From positions 628 through 64,627 of the forward strand of contig WRBN01000001.1 of the NCBI GenBank assembly GCA_009784515.1: a DNA stretch of 64,000 nt. The letters run 5' to 3'. Source of the stretch: Spirochaetaceae bacterium (GTDB taxonomy: Bacteria > Spirochaetota > Spirochaetia > WRBN01). Numbering within the stretch: position 1 is the stretch's first letter; the number at the start of each line of letters is the position of its first letter. Positions 18,846 to 28,220 of this stretch are shown here, piece by piece. The notes beneath the pieces were generated by a model. That model saw only the letters and a program-made list of their open reading frames with translations, did no database searches and was not told the DNA's origin. Made by a program: the position numbers and the translations under genes.

Positions 18846-19904
18846 TTATATACGATAATCTTTATATATACGTTCGTCAATAAAACGAATCTCTAATAAA
18901 GCTTTTTTAATGTACTCTTCGGCCATCGTTTTATCATCAAGGACGGCCCGATGATAATCGATAAACCAAAACAAGCGGTAAAGCAACAGCGGCTTAGCTT
19001 TTTTAGATGCTTTTTCGGTATACTCGGTACGCAGCAAGTGGATATTTTGATTAAGCTTTTGGTACTCCATTGGCTTAAGCTCGCGCGCCACCCTAAACAC
19101 CCCCCACACTACTCCATAAACGGCCATCCATTCATTTAAAAACTCGCTCTCTAACCCTAAAGCTTTGACCCGCTCTTTTAAATTTAAAATTAACGAAGAC
19201 TCCAGCAATGCTAAATCTATCTCGCCGGCATCGTGGTAAAAAGCCTCTCTAAATAAAACTTTAGCTTTATCTTCTTCATCTATAATGGCATAACAGTCGG
19301 CAAGCTCGGCTAAAGCCTGCGAACTAACCTTTTGCATAGCTACCGCATCGCTGTAGGCATTAATAGCCATATCATACTCGCCTTTAATTTTATAGGCCCG
19401 CCCTAATTTAAGGTAAAGCTCAAAGCTATCGGCCAATTTAAGCTGCCGCTCGTATTCGCTAACTATCTGGGCAAAAACATAACTTTTTATACAAAAAATT
19501 GCTCTGTCTACATCGGTATCTAAGCGCTTTACTACAATTTTAATAAACGCTTGCCAGCTTTCCATTAAAAAATCGCCGCGAACATTCGCTTCTTTAAAGT
19601 TGTATTGACGCTTTTTTTCCAGCCAAAAATCGGCGCATTTTTGAATAGCCAGCGGTAAGCTGCTATTAAGGTCCATAAAAGCCGCTCGTTTAGCTAATAA
19701 AGTTACACGTTCAAAGTTACCCGCTCGCAGTAAAGTGTAACTTTCATCGATAAGTTCACCTAAGCCGGCTGTTTTAGCTATGGGTAATTCTGGCTCGGTA
19801 TCTTTAGCGGGCTCATTTAGTAAGGCCGAAAAGTCGATATTACTTAAAGGACGGTTATCGGCTTTAGGCGGCACTTCTTCTAATTTTTTTTTGCCCTTTA
19901 ACAT
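18846..19904 (-). CDS. Hypothetical helical-repeat (TPR-like) protein
   Basis: GGAG SD; helical repeats. Sits immediately upstream of greA on the same strand. Confidence 0.55.
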   Translation of the reverse strand: MLKGKKKLEEVPPKADNRPLSNIDFSALLNEPAKDTEPELPIAKTAGLGELIDESYTLLRAGNFERVTLLAKRAAFMDLNSSLPLAIQKCADFWLEKKRQYNFKEANVRGDFLMESWQAFIKIVVKRLDTDVDRAIFCIKSYVFAQIVSEYERQLKLADSFELYLKLGRAYKIKGEYDMAINAYSDAVAMQKVSSQALAELADCYAIIDEEDKAKVLFREAFYHDAGEIDLALLESSLILNLKERVKALGLESEFLNEWMAVYGVVWGVFRVARELKPMEYQKLNQNIHLLRTEYTEKASKKAKPLLLYRLFWFIDYHRAVLDDKTMAEEYIKKALLEIRFIDERIYKDYRI

Positions 19905-20093
19905 AAGTTACTACTCCATACTTATTTTAAACAAAAACTAAATATAAGTAAACCATTTGCCGTAAAATATTAAAGAGCAAAGGCTGCTATCTTCCATAAT
20001 AAAGGGAAACTGCCCTTTATTGCAAGTAGGGAAGCCCTGCTTTTTGACAATATTTTAACTATTTTTGTTTTTACTCTCTACCTAAAAGAAAAA

Positions 20094-20519
20094 ATGAAAG
20101 CATTACTTTTACCCTTTACCTTAAGCCTTTATGTTACCCTTGCCGTTTATTTAATTATAAACTTAATTTACGGCAACTTTGGCTTAACTAACTATAATTT
20201 ATTAGCCGCAGATTACAACTTACTTACCGTTAATCACAACGAATTAATACAGCTGCAAACTACTCTCATAGAACATCACCGTCAATTAGAACAAGGAGAT
20301 GAGGCTTTAATTTTAGCTGCACGCAGCGTAGGGTTTTTCCAAGAGGGTGAAGAACGTATTATTGTACCCAATTTAAGGCGTATGGAAGATTTTGAAATAG
20401 GCCGCACCATTCACCTAGAGCTAAATAACACCAACCAGCTGCCGCCGCGTTGGCTGTACCTTATTGTCTTTACTTTAGTTTTTAGCCTGTTTTGTTTTGT
20501 TGTGCCGCTGCGGCCGTAA
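20094..20519 (+). CDS. Hypothetical membrane protein (N- and C-terminal TM segments, central coiled coil)
   Basis: Hydrophobic termini; coiled-coil LIQLQTTLIEHHRQLEQ. Confidence 0.5.
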   Translation: MKALLLPFTLSLYVTLAVYLIINLIYGNFGLTNYNLLAADYNLLTVNHNELIQLQTTLIEHHRQLEQGDEALILAARSVGFFQEGEERIIVPNLRRMEDFEIGRTIHLELNNTNQLPPRWLYLIVFTLVFSLFCFVVPLRP

Positions 20520-20541
20520 TAATTTATGGATATTATTAAAT

Positions 20542-21393
20542 ATGACTTATCAACTTACCCCACCTGCCAAAATTAATCTGCACCTAGAGGTACTCAACAA
20601 ACGGTCAGATGGTTACCATAACCTACGCTCCATCTTTCTTAAAATTGCTTTAAGAGATTGGCTTAGCATTACCATTCATAATAGGCCTACCGCCAAACCA
20701 ACCTATCAATTAATAAGCAAAACAAAATTTCCTTTAAATAATGATTTACTTTATAAAGCCTACCGGCTTTACCAAAACTTAAGCGGCTTAAATTTTAACC
20801 TTAAGGTAAAACTTACCAAATATATTCCTATGCAAGCTGGACTGGGCGGTGGTAGCAGCGATGCAGCCAGTTTACTGCTTTGCTTAAATAAACACTTTAA
20901 CCAAGTTGATGACTATACTTTATTGCAGCAATCTGCTCAGTTAGGGGCCGATGTGCCCTTTTTTATGCAACCGGCCAATGCTTGTTTAGTAGAAGGTTTG
21001 GGTGAGATAGTTACCCCGTTAAATAAGCCGGTAGAGCCGCTTTATGTAGTTATAGCCAAACCCGCTTTAGGTATGGCCACCGGCCCTAGCTTTGGGCTAT
21101 TAGGAAGAACACAAGATTATAAAGCCAAAATGAGCAAAGAGTTATTAACTGAAGCATGGCAAAACCAAAATTTTAGCCCGCTTTTTAATAGCTTTGATAT
21201 ATTAAGCAACAGCTATCCTTACATTAATAACTATAAACAAATATTTAATGGTTACGGCTCGTTATATACAGCTCTTTCGGGCAGCGGCAGTAGTGTGCTT
21301 GCTCTTTTTAATAAAAAAGAGCAAGCAAAGGCAGCTCATTCAGTTATTCGCCCACTGGCTCATATTAGTTACTTAGGCTTATGCTTAAATTAA
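20542..21393 (+). CDS. ispE: 4-diphosphocytidyl-2-C-methyl-D-erythritol kinase
   Basis: PAKINLHLEV, DGYH and GHMP kinase loop MQAGLGGGSSDAA. The internal ATG at 20542 is preferred over the track start. Confidence 0.85.
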   Translation: MTYQLTPPAKINLHLEVLNKRSDGYHNLRSIFLKIALRDWLSITIHNRPTAKPTYQLISKTKFPLNNDLLYKAYRLYQNLSGLNFNLKVKLTKYIPMQAGLGGGSSDAASLLLCLNKHFNQVDDYTLLQQSAQLGADVPFFMQPANACLVEGLGEIVTPLNKPVEPLYVVIAKPALGMATGPSFGLLGRTQDYKAKMSKELLTEAWQNQNFSPLFNSFDILSNSYPYINNYKQIFNGYGSLYTALSGSGSSVLALFNKKEQAKAAHSVIRPLAHISYLGLCLN

Positions 21394-21409
21394 ATTACTT
21401 TTACTTTTG

Positions 21410-21438
21410 TTGCAGAGAGCATTTTTTTATATTATACT
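21410..21438 (+). promoter_or_regulatory. Sigma70-like promoter TTGCAG-17-TATACT, 6 nt from the ATG at 21445
   Basis: Direct reading. Confidence 0.4.
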
Positions 21439-21444
21439 CATGAT

Positions 21445-21735
21445 ATGTCTAAAAAATTTCGCATTACCGATAAATACGTTATTGGAAAATACCCAATGTT
21501 TTACCATATCGTCCGCCTTATGCCCGATGCCGAAATGCTTATCTCTGACGGTAACACTCCTAGCAGCCAATTATTTGATTCGCTCTCTGTGGGTACAATC
21601 TTAAAAGTAAACCCACCCAAAAACTACACCAAACTATTTAGCCATTATTACCATGCAAACAATAGCGATGAATTTTTCCAAGAATTATCTTTGGAAAGGC
21701 TAAAGGTTTTAAAATATATAAATGTTCACCAATAA
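21445..21735 (+). CDS. Hypothetical protein (96 aa)
   Basis: ORF directly downstream of a promoter-like TTGCAG-17-TATACT. Confidence 0.45.
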   Translation: MSKKFRITDKYVIGKYPMFYHIVRLMPDAEMLISDGNTPSSQLFDSLSVGTILKVNPPKNYTKLFSHYYHANNSDEFFQELSLERLKVLKYINVHQ

Positions 21736-21784
21736 AAGCGACTCTACAACCCATTTGTTAATTAACGTAAATTATTTAAAATAA

Positions 21785-22216
21785 TTAAATGCCATTAATT
21801 ATACCTTCGGCGTACTCTTTATCTTCTTGCTCCAATTTAGTAGTAGCTTCCAGCCCCTTTTGCTTATGCAGTAACATATTAATGTTATCACCCAACAAAG
21901 CGTAAGCACGGGCACAAGCCTCGTGGCCAAAGGCTACATCTAAAGCTTCAAGATTATTACTTAAAGCTATTTCCAAAGATTTTTGGCCATAGAGCAAAGC
22001 CAGCTCGCTCTCTTTTAACATGGCATAGGCCCGCGAGATTAGCCAATCGCCCCGAGCAAAGTTAGCCGGATGGCCAACAAACCCCCATAAATACCGGCTG
22101 GCATGAGCTTTATTAAGCATTTCGGCATTGTCATCGGCATTACGTTCGGCTTTATCAAATAAATCCCACGTTTCATTAAAAAGCCTTATCGCTTCTTTTT
22201 TAATATCAAGTTTCAT
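21785..22216 (-). CDS. Hypothetical helical protein
   Basis: GAGGA SD; no motif recognised. Confidence 0.55.
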   Translation of the reverse strand: MKLDIKKEAIRLFNETWDLFDKAERNADDNAEMLNKAHASRYLWGFVGHPANFARGDWLISRAYAMLKESELALLYGQKSLEIALSNNLEALDVAFGHEACARAYALLGDNINMLLHKQKGLEATTKLEQEDKEYAEGIINGI

Positions 22217-22224
22217 AACGTCCT

Positions 22225-23904
22225 CTATTTTTTATCCAGCCATTTTACAGCAGCTTCTGCCACCAGCTTTAAGTTATCAGGCTCAAAGGGAGTTGGTAAA
22301 CCGGCATCTTTAATTAAATCGACAAAAGTTTTGGTGCCGGCAAAGCCCACAAAACGCCTGTATTTAGCCCAAGCTGCTTTATTATCTTGCTGGTTTTCGG
22401 CCCAAAACGATAACGCCATAATTTGCGCTAGGCAGTAATCGATATAATAAAAGGGCATACCATAAATGTGCAGCTGGTTCTGCCAGCGGCGCCCCTCTGT
22501 GTAAAATGTTACTTCATCAAGGTTAAGGTAAGGGCGATACTTGGCCTCTAACTTTAGCCACAGTTCATTACGTTCTTTCGGGCTCATTTCAGGCCTTTCG
22601 TAAATATGGTGCTGAAATTCGTCAACCATTGTGCCGTAAGGAATAAAAGTTAGAGCGCTACTTAAGTGACTATGATAATATTTTGAGGTTTGCTCGCCAA
22701 AGAATCCTTCCATCCACGGCCAAGTAAAAAACTCCATACTCATCGAGTGAACCTCTGCCGTCTCCATCGAGTATTCTTTTAGGGCCGAAGGGTAAATATC
22801 GCGCGCTAAATAATCGGCAAAGGCATGACCGGCCTCGTGAGTAAGCACATCAATATCACCCGAAGTGCCATTAAAGTTGGCAAAAATAAAGGGCGATTTA
22901 TAAAGAGGAATACCGGCGCAATAACCACCGGCAGCTTTACCGGGCCGCGTCAGGACATCAAATAAATCGTTTGTCAACATAAAATCGATAAACTCGGCAG
23001 TTTCGGACGAAAGCTCATGGTACATCTTTTGGCCATGCTTAAAGATGTCATCGGGTGTGCCCATCGGTTTAGCGTTACCATCGGGATATTCAAAGGGGTC
23101 GTCATAAATCTTTAGGCTATCAAGACCAATGCGCGCGGCCTGCTCAGTCTTTAACCGCTGCGCCAACGGTACAATATACTTAACGACACCCTCACGAAAT
23201 TTAGCCACCGTAGTTTCATCGTAGCAGTTGCGTTGCATACGGTAGTAACCCAGCTGCGTAAAATTTTTATAACCAAGCTTTTTAGCTATACCGGTGCGCA
23301 CCTTAACTAAATCATCAAAAATTTTGTCAAATTTTTCGGCACGTTCCATAAACCAAGCCGATTGCGCCGCAAGCGAAGCCTTACGTATAGCCCTGTCGGG
23401 GTTTTCACTGTAAGGCCTAAGCTGAGCCAGTGTAAGTTTTTTACCGTCAAAATCGATTTGGGCAGAGGCAATAAGTTTATCGTATTCACTTACCAGCCTG
23501 TTTTCCTCCTGCAACCCCTCAATAATTTCGGGGCTAAAAGTTTTAAGCTGCATTTCGGCGTTTACAAACATCAAAGTTCCCCATTCAGCTTCCATCGCTG
23601 CACGAAAGGGCGAAGCCAGCATAGCCTTGGTAAAATCTTGTTGTACAGCCTGAAGTTTTGGCCCTACTTCATCGATATAATTTTTTTCGCTATCGTAAAA
23701 GCTATCGGTAGTATCCAGAGTATTCCTAATGTAAGCAATTTGAAACAGAGAGTAAATTTGCTTGGAATATTCATCGTATTCTTTATAAGCAGCAAAACAT
23801 TCTTCTTTAGTGGTAGCCTGCGTAAATTTTTTTAAAATGACAGAAAGCTGCGCATTAACTTCGGCAAAGTTGGGCCTTGTATAAGGCATTTGGGCAAATT
23901 TCAT
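22225..23904 (-). CDS. pepF: M3-family oligoendopeptidase F
   Basis: Zinc motif HEAGHAF. The ATG at 23904 has an AGGAGA SD, so the track start 23937 is rejected. Confidence 0.85.
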   Translation of the reverse strand: MKFAQMPYTRPNFAEVNAQLSVILKKFTQATTKEECFAAYKEYDEYSKQIYSLFQIAYIRNTLDTTDSFYDSEKNYIDEVGPKLQAVQQDFTKAMLASPFRAAMEAEWGTLMFVNAEMQLKTFSPEIIEGLQEENRLVSEYDKLIASAQIDFDGKKLTLAQLRPYSENPDRAIRKASLAAQSAWFMERAEKFDKIFDDLVKVRTGIAKKLGYKNFTQLGYYRMQRNCYDETTVAKFREGVVKYIVPLAQRLKTEQAARIGLDSLKIYDDPFEYPDGNAKPMGTPDDIFKHGQKMYHELSSETAEFIDFMLTNDLFDVLTRPGKAAGGYCAGIPLYKSPFIFANFNGTSGDIDVLTHEAGHAFADYLARDIYPSALKEYSMETAEVHSMSMEFFTWPWMEGFFGEQTSKYYHSHLSSALTFIPYGTMVDEFQHHIYERPEMSPKERNELWLKLEAKYRPYLNLDEVTFYTEGRRWQNQLHIYGMPFYYIDYCLAQIMALSFWAENQQDNKAAWAKYRRFVGFAGTKTFVDLIKDAGLPTPFEPDNLKLVAEAAVKWLDKK

Positions 23905-24005
23905 TGTTTTTCTCCTGTTAATTTTTAATTTTAGCACGGCTTATGCGGTAAGTCAAATTATTTTTAAAAATAGCTGCTTTTTAGGAGTAAGAAGAGTAAT
24001 GTTTA

Positions 24006-25448
24006 TTAATCTTCAAACAAATTAAGGATAACGGGGGCAGCAATAGCGGCTTCGTCCTCTTCACCGTTATCATCTTGCTGAGTAAAAGTCGCCGGTAAAT
24101 TTTTTTTAACCGGTAAACGATAGGTTTTTCTCAGCTTTTCTACTTGATAAACCATATTTTTGGGGTTTTCCGTTAATTTTTTAAACGCCTCTTTATAAGC
24201 ATCTTGCGCTTTAGTTAAACTAACTTCAATTTTAACCATTTCTTCGGCAAAGCCGGCGAATTTATCGTACAGCTTAATGCCCAATTCGGCAATTTTTTCG
24301 CTCTCTTTAGTTTTTTTATAGTTAGCAATCCCGTAAGAAATGGTTTTAAGTAAAGCAAATAAATTTAGCGAACTAACTAACACAATTTTTTTACTCCATG
24401 CAAAGTCGTGCAAACTGTAATCTTTACTAATAGCTAAACTATAAGCGCTTTCTATGGGCATAAACATAATGGTAAACTCGGGACTATCCAATTTATAGCC
24501 ATCTAATTTGTAACTGGCGTGGTAATCTTTGCTGCTTAAATTATTTATTTGCTCTTTTACCGATTTAATAAACTGGTTTAAATAATCGGCTTGGTCGCGC
24601 TCACTGTTACTGTTAATATATTGTTCATAATAAAGCAAATTTACTTTAGAGTCTATCACAATATGTTTATCTTCCGGCAATTTAATAATGACATCGGGAC
24701 GCTGGGTTTTATTATCCTCGTTTTTGACATCGGCCTGCAAAATATAATCAACATTTTTATCTAAGCCGCTTACCTCGAGTATTCTTTGCAGCTGCATTTC
24801 ACCCCAGTTACCTTGCTGCTTATTATCGCCTTTTAAGGCTTTGGCCAAATTTTCGGCTTGGCTGCCTAATTCTTTGTGGCGTTCGGCCAGCAACTCTATC
24901 TCTTTTTTTAAAGAAACCCGCTCTTGCCCCTCTTTAACATAAACGTCATCAACTTTCTTATGAAATTCATTAAGTTTTTCCTTAAAGGGGCTAATAACTT
25001 CGCTTAACCTTGCCTTATTATGTTCGCTCAGTTTATTGGCGCTATCTTCTAATACTTGACGGGCTAAATTTTCAAATTGTTCTTTAATTTGCTGTTCTTT
25101 TTTAATGAGTTCGGCTTCGCGCGTTTTCACCTTAGCTAATTCTATCTCACTGTGTAGTTTATAGCTGGCCATACTAGTGGCTTCGGTTTTTAAAGTTAAG
25201 GCCAGCTCTTTAAGCTCGGCCTTTAAAGCCAAATTATCGGCCAACAAAGCTTTTTCTTTGGCCTCACTTACGGCTATTTTAGTGAACTGTACCGTATAAT
25301 CGGCCTTTAACTGGGTAAGTTCTGCGTTGCTTTGGATTAGTTCAGCTTTAGAAAATTTAATAGCCTTATAGCTTTGCCATATCTTTAAGGGCAACAACAA
25401 AACCGTTAAGGCTAAAACTGCTAAAATAATAATTAGTAATAAAAACAT
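24006..25448 (-). CDS. rmuC: DNA recombination protein RmuC
   Basis: N-terminal TM, long coiled coil and RmuC nuclease-like C-terminus (RPDVIIKLPEDKHIVIDSK). Confidence 0.85.
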   Translation of the reverse strand: MFLLLIIILAVLALTVLLLPLKIWQSYKAIKFSKAELIQSNAELTQLKADYTVQFTKIAVSEAKEKALLADNLALKAELKELALTLKTEATSMASYKLHSEIELAKVKTREAELIKKEQQIKEQFENLARQVLEDSANKLSEHNKARLSEVISPFKEKLNEFHKKVDDVYVKEGQERVSLKKEIELLAERHKELGSQAENLAKALKGDNKQQGNWGEMQLQRILEVSGLDKNVDYILQADVKNEDNKTQRPDVIIKLPEDKHIVIDSKVNLLYYEQYINSNSERDQADYLNQFIKSVKEQINNLSSKDYHASYKLDGYKLDSPEFTIMFMPIESAYSLAISKDYSLHDFAWSKKIVLVSSLNLFALLKTISYGIANYKKTKESEKIAELGIKLYDKFAGFAEEMVKIEVSLTKAQDAYKEAFKKLTENPKNMVYQVEKLRKTYRLPVKKNLPATFTQQDDNGEEDEAAIAAPVILNLFED

Positions 25449-25458
25449 CTTTAGGTAA

Positions 25459-26127
25459 TTATCTAATTTCTAAACCAACTTTAAAATTAACAAAGTGGTA
25501 CGGTTTAAAAAGCATTTCGCTATCGCTAAACCTGACTAAAGGGCTGGCCTGTCCGCCCTCTAAAACCACCGAAAGAGCCCCTAAGACGAAGATAACCCCG
25601 GCGTTTACCCGCCGGTAAAGGCCGCTATCGCTATTAAAAATAAAAGCAGCCCTACTATGCGGCGTGCCCTCTTGCCCCACATAATAAAAACCAACATTGT
25701 AACTCATAAAAGGAGCAAAATGCAGCCCGCCCATACGCAGCGGCCAACGTGCGCCCAACCCGGTACCCACCGCATGTGTGCTTATTTCCACCTCATTGGC
25801 CCAGTGCAGATAAAAGTTATAATCGACCACATGGTAAAAAAAGCGAAAGGCTCTGGCATTAAAAAAAGTACTGTAAGCCATATCAAAACCAATATCAAAG
25901 TTAAAACGATTAACAGCCTCGTCCATATTATGGTTATGGTGATGATAGTTATCATGCGGGTTGCCCGTTAAATATTGATTAAGCCCTATCCGCGTCCAAA
26001 ACCCGGCGTTAAAACGCTCGGAAATACCAAAAAACCTTTCGTCTGTTGTTTGGCGGTTATGCCTATTTTGGCCATAAGCATTAAAAGCCAAAGTTACCAG
26101 CAAAAATAATAAGACTATTTTTTTCAT
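25459..26127 (-). CDS. Putative small outer-membrane beta-barrel protein with His-rich loop
   Basis: Signal peptide MKKIVLLFLLVTLAFNAYG, NYHHHNHNMDE, alternating aromatic pattern. Confidence 0.55.
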   Translation of the reverse strand: MKKIVLLFLLVTLAFNAYGQNRHNRQTTDERFFGISERFNAGFWTRIGLNQYLTGNPHDNYHHHNHNMDEAVNRFNFDIGFDMAYSTFFNARAFRFFYHVVDYNFYLHWANEVEISTHAVGTGLGARWPLRMGGLHFAPFMSYNVGFYYVGQEGTPHSRAAFIFNSDSGLYRRVNAGVIFVLGALSVVLEGGQASPLVRFSDSEMLFKPYHFVNFKVGLEIR

Positions 26128-26133
26128 TAATTA

Positions 26134-26162
26134 ATCATAAGCTATAAATGACTATAAGTCAA
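26134..26162 (-). promoter_or_regulatory. Sigma70-like promoter TTGACT-17-TATGAT, 6 nt from the ATG at 26127 (leaderless geometry)
   Basis: Direct reading of the minus strand; the gap TAATTA has no SD. Confidence 0.55.
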
Positions 26163-26278
26163 GAGACATAAATCTTTTTTACTGCCTGCCGGCAGCTCGC
26201 CTATGTTTACATAGTAAAAATCTATGTTATAACATATATCAAAAAATATTAGCCGCCAAAACCACTAGCAAAAAGGAA

Positions 26279-26305
26279 TTAAAAAGGCTACCCCACTGGG
26301 TAGCC
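26279..26305 (-). terminator. Terminator after the BOF gene
   Basis: GGCTACCC-CACT-GGGTAGCC with a T-tract on the minus strand. Confidence 0.55.
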
Positions 26306-26340
26306 ATAAAAAATTATATAGTTATTATAAAAGCCGGTAA

Positions 26341-26691
26341 CTAGGCCCTTCTAATAACATGCACCTTAATTTCGAGGCGGCCATCGCGTTTACGGTCTAC
26401 CTCGCCGCTAATTTCTACCAAATCGTTACTGCCTACAGTTAAACGGCCCCAATATTTATCGCTAATTTTTACCGTCATTTCGCCTGACGAATCGCGGAAA
26501 ATATAGTGCTGGCGGTCTATCTGCTGCACAACATTACCAACCAAAGTAATGCGGCTTTTATGCGCCATACCTTGCGCTACCTGAACGGTAGTTACCTGCA
26601 TAACCGTTCTTACCGCAGGACCGGTAAAGCCCTGAGCACTTAAAACACCGCTTAGCAATAGCGCTAAGCCCAATAAGAATAGTTTTTTCAT
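26341..26691 (-). CDS. YgiW/YdeI-type bacterial OB-fold (BOF) periplasmic protein
   Basis: Signal peptide, then the pattern GF.GP...V.QA......I.L.G.V...I....Y.F.D..G...V.I......G......V.I.GEVD. Confidence 0.75.
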   Translation of the reverse strand: MKKLFLLGLALLLSGVLSAQGFTGPAVRTVMQVTTVQVAQGMAHKSRITLVGNVVQQIDRQHYIFRDSSGEMTVKISDKYWGRLTVGSNDLVEISGEVDRKRDGRLEIKVHVIRRA

Positions 26692-26761
26692 CAACTAGCC
26701 CTCCATTTTAAAAACACTTTATATCTCTAGTTTTAACCAATATATTAAAACCACTTACAAC

Positions 26762-26790
26762 ATTATAAACCGCAGAAAACACCTTGTCAA
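26762..26790 (-). promoter_or_regulatory. Consensus sigma70 promoter TTGACA-17-TATAAT (proximal) for the BOF gene
   Basis: Direct reading of the minus strand. Confidence 0.55.
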
Positions 26791-26801
26791 GATGTTATAA
26801 T
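26786..26801. repeat. 16-bp direct repeat GTCAAGATGTTATAAT (copy 1)
   Basis: Identical to 26889..26904. Confidence 0.8.
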
Positions 26802-26864
26802 GCGAAAAAGCAATTATCTATGGTATATTATAATTTTAGCTAATCTCCTAAAGCCAACAATAGC

Positions 26865-26893
26865 ACTATAGCCTATAAAAAATATTATGTCAA
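26865..26893 (-). promoter_or_regulatory. Sigma70-like promoter TTGACA-17-TATAGT (distal tandem copy)
   Basis: Direct reading. Shares the 16-mer ATTATAACATCTTGAC with the proximal promoter. Confidence 0.5.
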
Positions 26894-26904
26894 GATGTTA
26901 TAAT
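26889..26904. repeat. 16-bp direct repeat GTCAAGATGTTATAAT (copy 2)
   Basis: Identical to 26786..26801. Confidence 0.8.
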
Positions 26905-26958
26905 ACCAAATGGTAATTTATTTACCATATACTCATTATTTAGCTGTTTTTAAGCCTT

Positions 26959-27432
26959 TTAATTTTGCACTAGTTTAAGCATATTTTTGCCGCAAATAGT
27001 TACTAAATTTTGAGCCAACTCTTCAAAAAAAGCTTTATCTTCGCTGCTAAAGCGGTTTAAAATGGGGCTATCTATATCAAGCACCCCAAGCGGTTGGTCG
27101 TTTAAAAAAAGCGGCACCACAATTTCGCTTTGGCTGCGACTATCACAAGCAATGTGGCCCTCAAAATCATGCACGTTAGGTACCACCAAAGTTTGCTTTT
27201 GGGCTAAAGCGCCGCCGCAAACTCCTTTGCCATAAGCAATAACGGTGCAAGCTACCTGCCCGTTAAAAGGGCCGAGCACCAATTTTTCGCCGGTCCATAA
27301 ATAAAAACCGGCCCAATTTAAATTATCAAAGTTATGATAAATAAAACTGCTTACATTGGCTAAGCCGGCGATAGTTAAGGCCGGCTCACCATCTAACAAA
27401 GCAATGGCTTGCTGTAATTTTAGATTACTCAT
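26959..27432 (-). CDS. GAF-domain protein, free methionine-(R)-sulfoxide reductase-like
   Basis: NWAGFYL...GPF.G..AC..I..GKGVCG pattern typical of YebR/fRMsr. Confidence 0.8.
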   Translation of the reverse strand: MSNLKLQQAIALLDGEPALTIAGLANVSSFIYHNFDNLNWAGFYLWTGEKLVLGPFNGQVACTVIAYGKGVCGGALAQKQTLVVPNVHDFEGHIACDSRSQSEIVVPLFLNDQPLGVLDIDSPILNRFSSEDKAFFEELAQNLVTICGKNMLKLVQN

Positions 27433-27438
27433 TTTTAA

Positions 27439-27467
27439 ACTATAACATACATCACCACAGAGAGCAA
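27439..27467 (-). promoter_or_regulatory. Sigma70-like promoter TTGCTC-17-TATAGT, 6 nt from the GAF-gene ATG (leaderless geometry)
   Basis: Direct reading of the minus strand. Confidence 0.45.
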
Positions 27468-27485
27468 GGCAAAACTTTTAATTAA

Positions 27486-28106
27486 TCACCGGGAAATCAG
27501 TAAAAAAGGTAATTTATCTGCCTTAATATAAACTAAACGCAAAATAGGGCCAATAATAATTACCCCCATAAAAGGCCCTATCTTAAAACCGGTACCCAAT
27601 AATAAAGCTACTGCATAAAAAATAGCCTCGCACAGCATACGCGCCCGTGCCAAACCAAGCTTTTTAAAGCGGCCATATAAAGCAAAAACTAAGGCCGTAT
27701 AACTATCCTTGCCGCTGTAACTTAAAGCCACTAAAGCGGCCCCAGCGCCAATTAAAGTTAAGCCAACTAACATAAGGAGAAAATTTATAAGGGCAAGATT
27801 ACTTGCAGGCGCAAATTTAAAGGCCATTTCAGTAAATAAGGCCGTAAAAAAGGGGTTAATAATAGTGGATAACCCCAGCTGCTTTTTGTCTATAATAAAT
27901 ACAATGGCCGTCATCACTAACATAACCGCCAATGCACTTTGACCAAAGTTTAGAGGCAGGTGCAGGCTGACGCCTTCGTACAAAAAGCCCATGGCATCGG
28001 CACCATAGCCGCTGCCGGCGGCCAATCCAATGCCCAAGCCAATAATTATGGCCCCTAAGATGGATAAGCCGAAGCGGTATATTTTAATTCTATTTATTTT
28101 TAACAA
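27486..28106 (-). CDS. Integral membrane protein (about 6 TM), family uncertain; TTG start
   Basis: Hydrophobic throughout; no catalytic motif recognised. Confidence 0.5.
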   Translation of the reverse strand: MLKINRIKIYRFGLSILGAIIIGLGIGLAAGSGYGADAMGFLYEGVSLHLPLNFGQSALAVMLVMTAIVFIIDKKQLGLSTIINPFFTALFTEMAFKFAPASNLALINFLLMLVGLTLIGAGAALVALSYSGKDSYTALVFALYGRFKKLGLARARMLCEAIFYAVALLLGTGFKIGPFMGVIIIGPILRLVYIKADKLPFLLISR

Positions 28107-28126
28107 ATTTAATATTCTTACCTTTT

Positions 28127-28157
28127 AACAAAACGAGGTAATGTCTCCATTACCTCG
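28127..28157 (-). terminator. Terminator after tsf
   Basis: CGAGGTAATG-loop-CATTACCTCG followed by TTTTGTT on the minus strand. Confidence 0.6.
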
Positions 28158-28220
28158 TCGCTACGCGCCACCCCTTCGCCAGCGAAGGGGTATTAATAAT
28201 ATCTTTTATTTATGCACTAA

